Shown here: piece after piece, positions 62,111-64,000 of the stretch
Numbering within the stretch: the first letter of the stretch is position 1
How the letters are laid out: every line of letters starts with the position of its first letter
Assembly (NCBI RefSeq): GCF_018350175.1
Contig: NC_058373.1
Span: 116,376,001 to 116,440,000 of the forward strand
Length of the DNA: 64,000 bases
Origin: Felis catus
Taxonomy: Eukaryota
Direction of reading: 5' to 3'
Notes under the pieces: generated by a model
Told to the model about the DNA's origin: nothing
The model's database searches: none
What the model saw: the letters and a program-made list of their open reading frames with translations, nothing else
Translations under genes and position numbers: made by a program

Positions 62111-62255
62111 ATCTGTTTTAAAAGAAATGTATCTTTCCAGAGGCGACTTTATGAGAATTTTTGACTTGGATAGCTTGTGATCTCTTTGGAAAGCCAGATA
62201 GTTCTATACTTTGGGCTTCCCCACTAGTTAGTATGACTTTTAAAATGAATTTGTA

Positions 62256-62706
62256 GGGGTGCCTGGGTGTCTCAGTCGGTTAAGCTTTCGACTCTTTATT
62301 TCGGCTCAGGTCATGATCGCATGGTGCGTGAGATCAAATCCCATATTGGGGGGGCGCCTGGGTGGCTCAGTCGGTTAAGCGTCCGACTTCAGCTCAGGTC
62401 ATGATCTCGCGGTCTGTGAGTTCAAGCCCCACGTCGGGCTCTGTGCTGACGGCTCAGAGCCTGGAGCCTGTTTCAGATTCTGTGTCTCCCTCTCTCTCTG
62501 ACCCTCCCCCGTTCATGCTCTATCTCTCCCTGTCTCAAAAAATAAATAAAAGTTAAAAAAAAAAAAAAAATCCCATATTGGGTTCTGTGCTGACACAGCG
62601 GAGCCTGCTTGGGATTCTCTTTCACCTGCTCCCTCTCTGCCCTTCCCCTGTTCTCATGTGCATACACTCTCCTTCTCTCTCTCTCAAAATAAATAAACTT
62701 TAAAAA
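62256..62706 (+). mobile_element. CAN-SINE containing a nested younger SINE (62351-62570)
   Basis: Outer TSD aaaaatgaatttgta; inner TSD aaatcccatattggg. Confidence 0.93.
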
Positions 62707-64000
62707 ATGAATTTGTAAGAGACGTAAGGAAAAATATTTCTACCCAAATTACGCAAGGCTCAGGGATTGATAAGCTATGGCTTCTCTTCCCCAAGGATTT
62801 ACTATCTAGTAAATGAGAAAGACAGGTAAGCAATTAACTGCAGTCCACAGGGAAACGAAATAGTGGCCTGATGTAGAGACGCAGGCAGTGAATTCTGCCT
62901 GGGTGCTTAGCGGGGCTTCCCAGAGAAAGAAATGCTTAAACCGGACCGTGCGGAACACTTAGGAGCTTACTAATAGAGAGGAAGGGGTGCACATTGGAAA
63001 GTGGAATCGAAATGGAGGGACAGGACCGGGACATGAGGAAAGCAGTCAAACCACAGGTGCCATCCCCCGAGGCCTCTGCCCAGTCATGGGGCATCCTGGC
63101 GCTCTGAACATGCCTGGCTGAACGCCTTCGAGAAGCCAAGCTCAGGCCTGCACGTGGCAGTGTTGTCTTTCCTGGGCAGATGACCCAGGAGGTGGGCTGA
63201 ACTCAGAAAGCAAAACGAGAACCAGCCACGTGTCAGGGCCGGAGTTGAGACCTCAGCCGGCTCGGTGGTGTGATTCTAGAGAAAGAGAGAGCACGCCGGG
63301 GCTTCCCGTGCAAACAGGGAAATGGCTCCCTGCATGTTGGTGCCTGATCGTGTGCAGCTGCCGGTTTTTCAGGCTGACCGCAAAAAAGAAGCCTTTTTCA
63401 TTCAATCCAAAATCTTATGTAATGTTTTGCTGGCATCGTGGACGCAGCCAATCTGAGGCACATGTCTTCCCCCAATACCCACATGCACGGACTTATCTGG
63501 GGACCATGGCGTGCAAATGCTGCATCACCTTGGCCGAGGTGGAGGGGAGACCAGAGCGTGCTTGTGAGCCGGAAGTCCGCTGTGGACGCTGTGTCAGTTA
63601 CTCTGAGTCGTGGGATGGGGGAGACGGGTTTAGGACAAGGAGGCAGAGGGCATGTGGGATTCTGTGTGATATACGAATGTGTGATCTTGGACCTGGAAGA
63701 GCTTCAAGGTCAACTCACTCACTAGCTTATTGTCAGTTGCTGAGGGTCACTCTTATCTCTCTGGCTGTTTCTGCTCTTTGAAGCCTCTACTATGTGCTGG
63801 TCGCTGCCTTCTGTTGGGCACTTCTATTCCAAGCAACTGCAGAGATGGCCCTCACTGCTCTTCTGTGTGCCCCCGGGCTCCCCTACGAGGCCCCTTAACA
63901 CCGCTCCCAGGGCCTTGACAGTGAGCATCCACAGCCATGTCTCATCAGGCCATGGCTGGGGCACGAAGCGTAGGGAACAGGTCAAGTGGAGAAGCGCAAG

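Overview
This is mammalian, feline-type nuclear DNA. It is dense in tRNA-derived CAN-SINEs, including young SINEC_Fc-like copies, and carries an L1_Fc-like 3' end, older L1M/L2/MIR fragments, MaLR/ERVL/ERV1 LTRs, hAT fossils (MER3, MER5A, MER20) and microsatellites. I found no intact protein-coding gene, RNA gene or CRISPR array, and the ORF track is essentially noise from repeats and GC-rich sequence. The main signal the repeats do not explain is a decayed, intron-containing gene on the minus strand at about 50.9-60.6 kb. Eight consecutive AG/GT-bounded exons (58665 down to 54855) splice in matching phase into one frame broken by point stops, less certain exons flank them, and all transposons I recognised fall in introns. 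I cannot name the protein; it looks like an unprocessed, possibly unitary pseudogene. Weaker candidates are a PxDLS + Psq-HTH-like coding relic at 82-420, a CpG-rich promoter-like element near 16.8 kb and a MEF2-site enhancer-like block near 48 kb. Repeat subfamily names come from recalled consensus sequences, not a RepeatMasker run.
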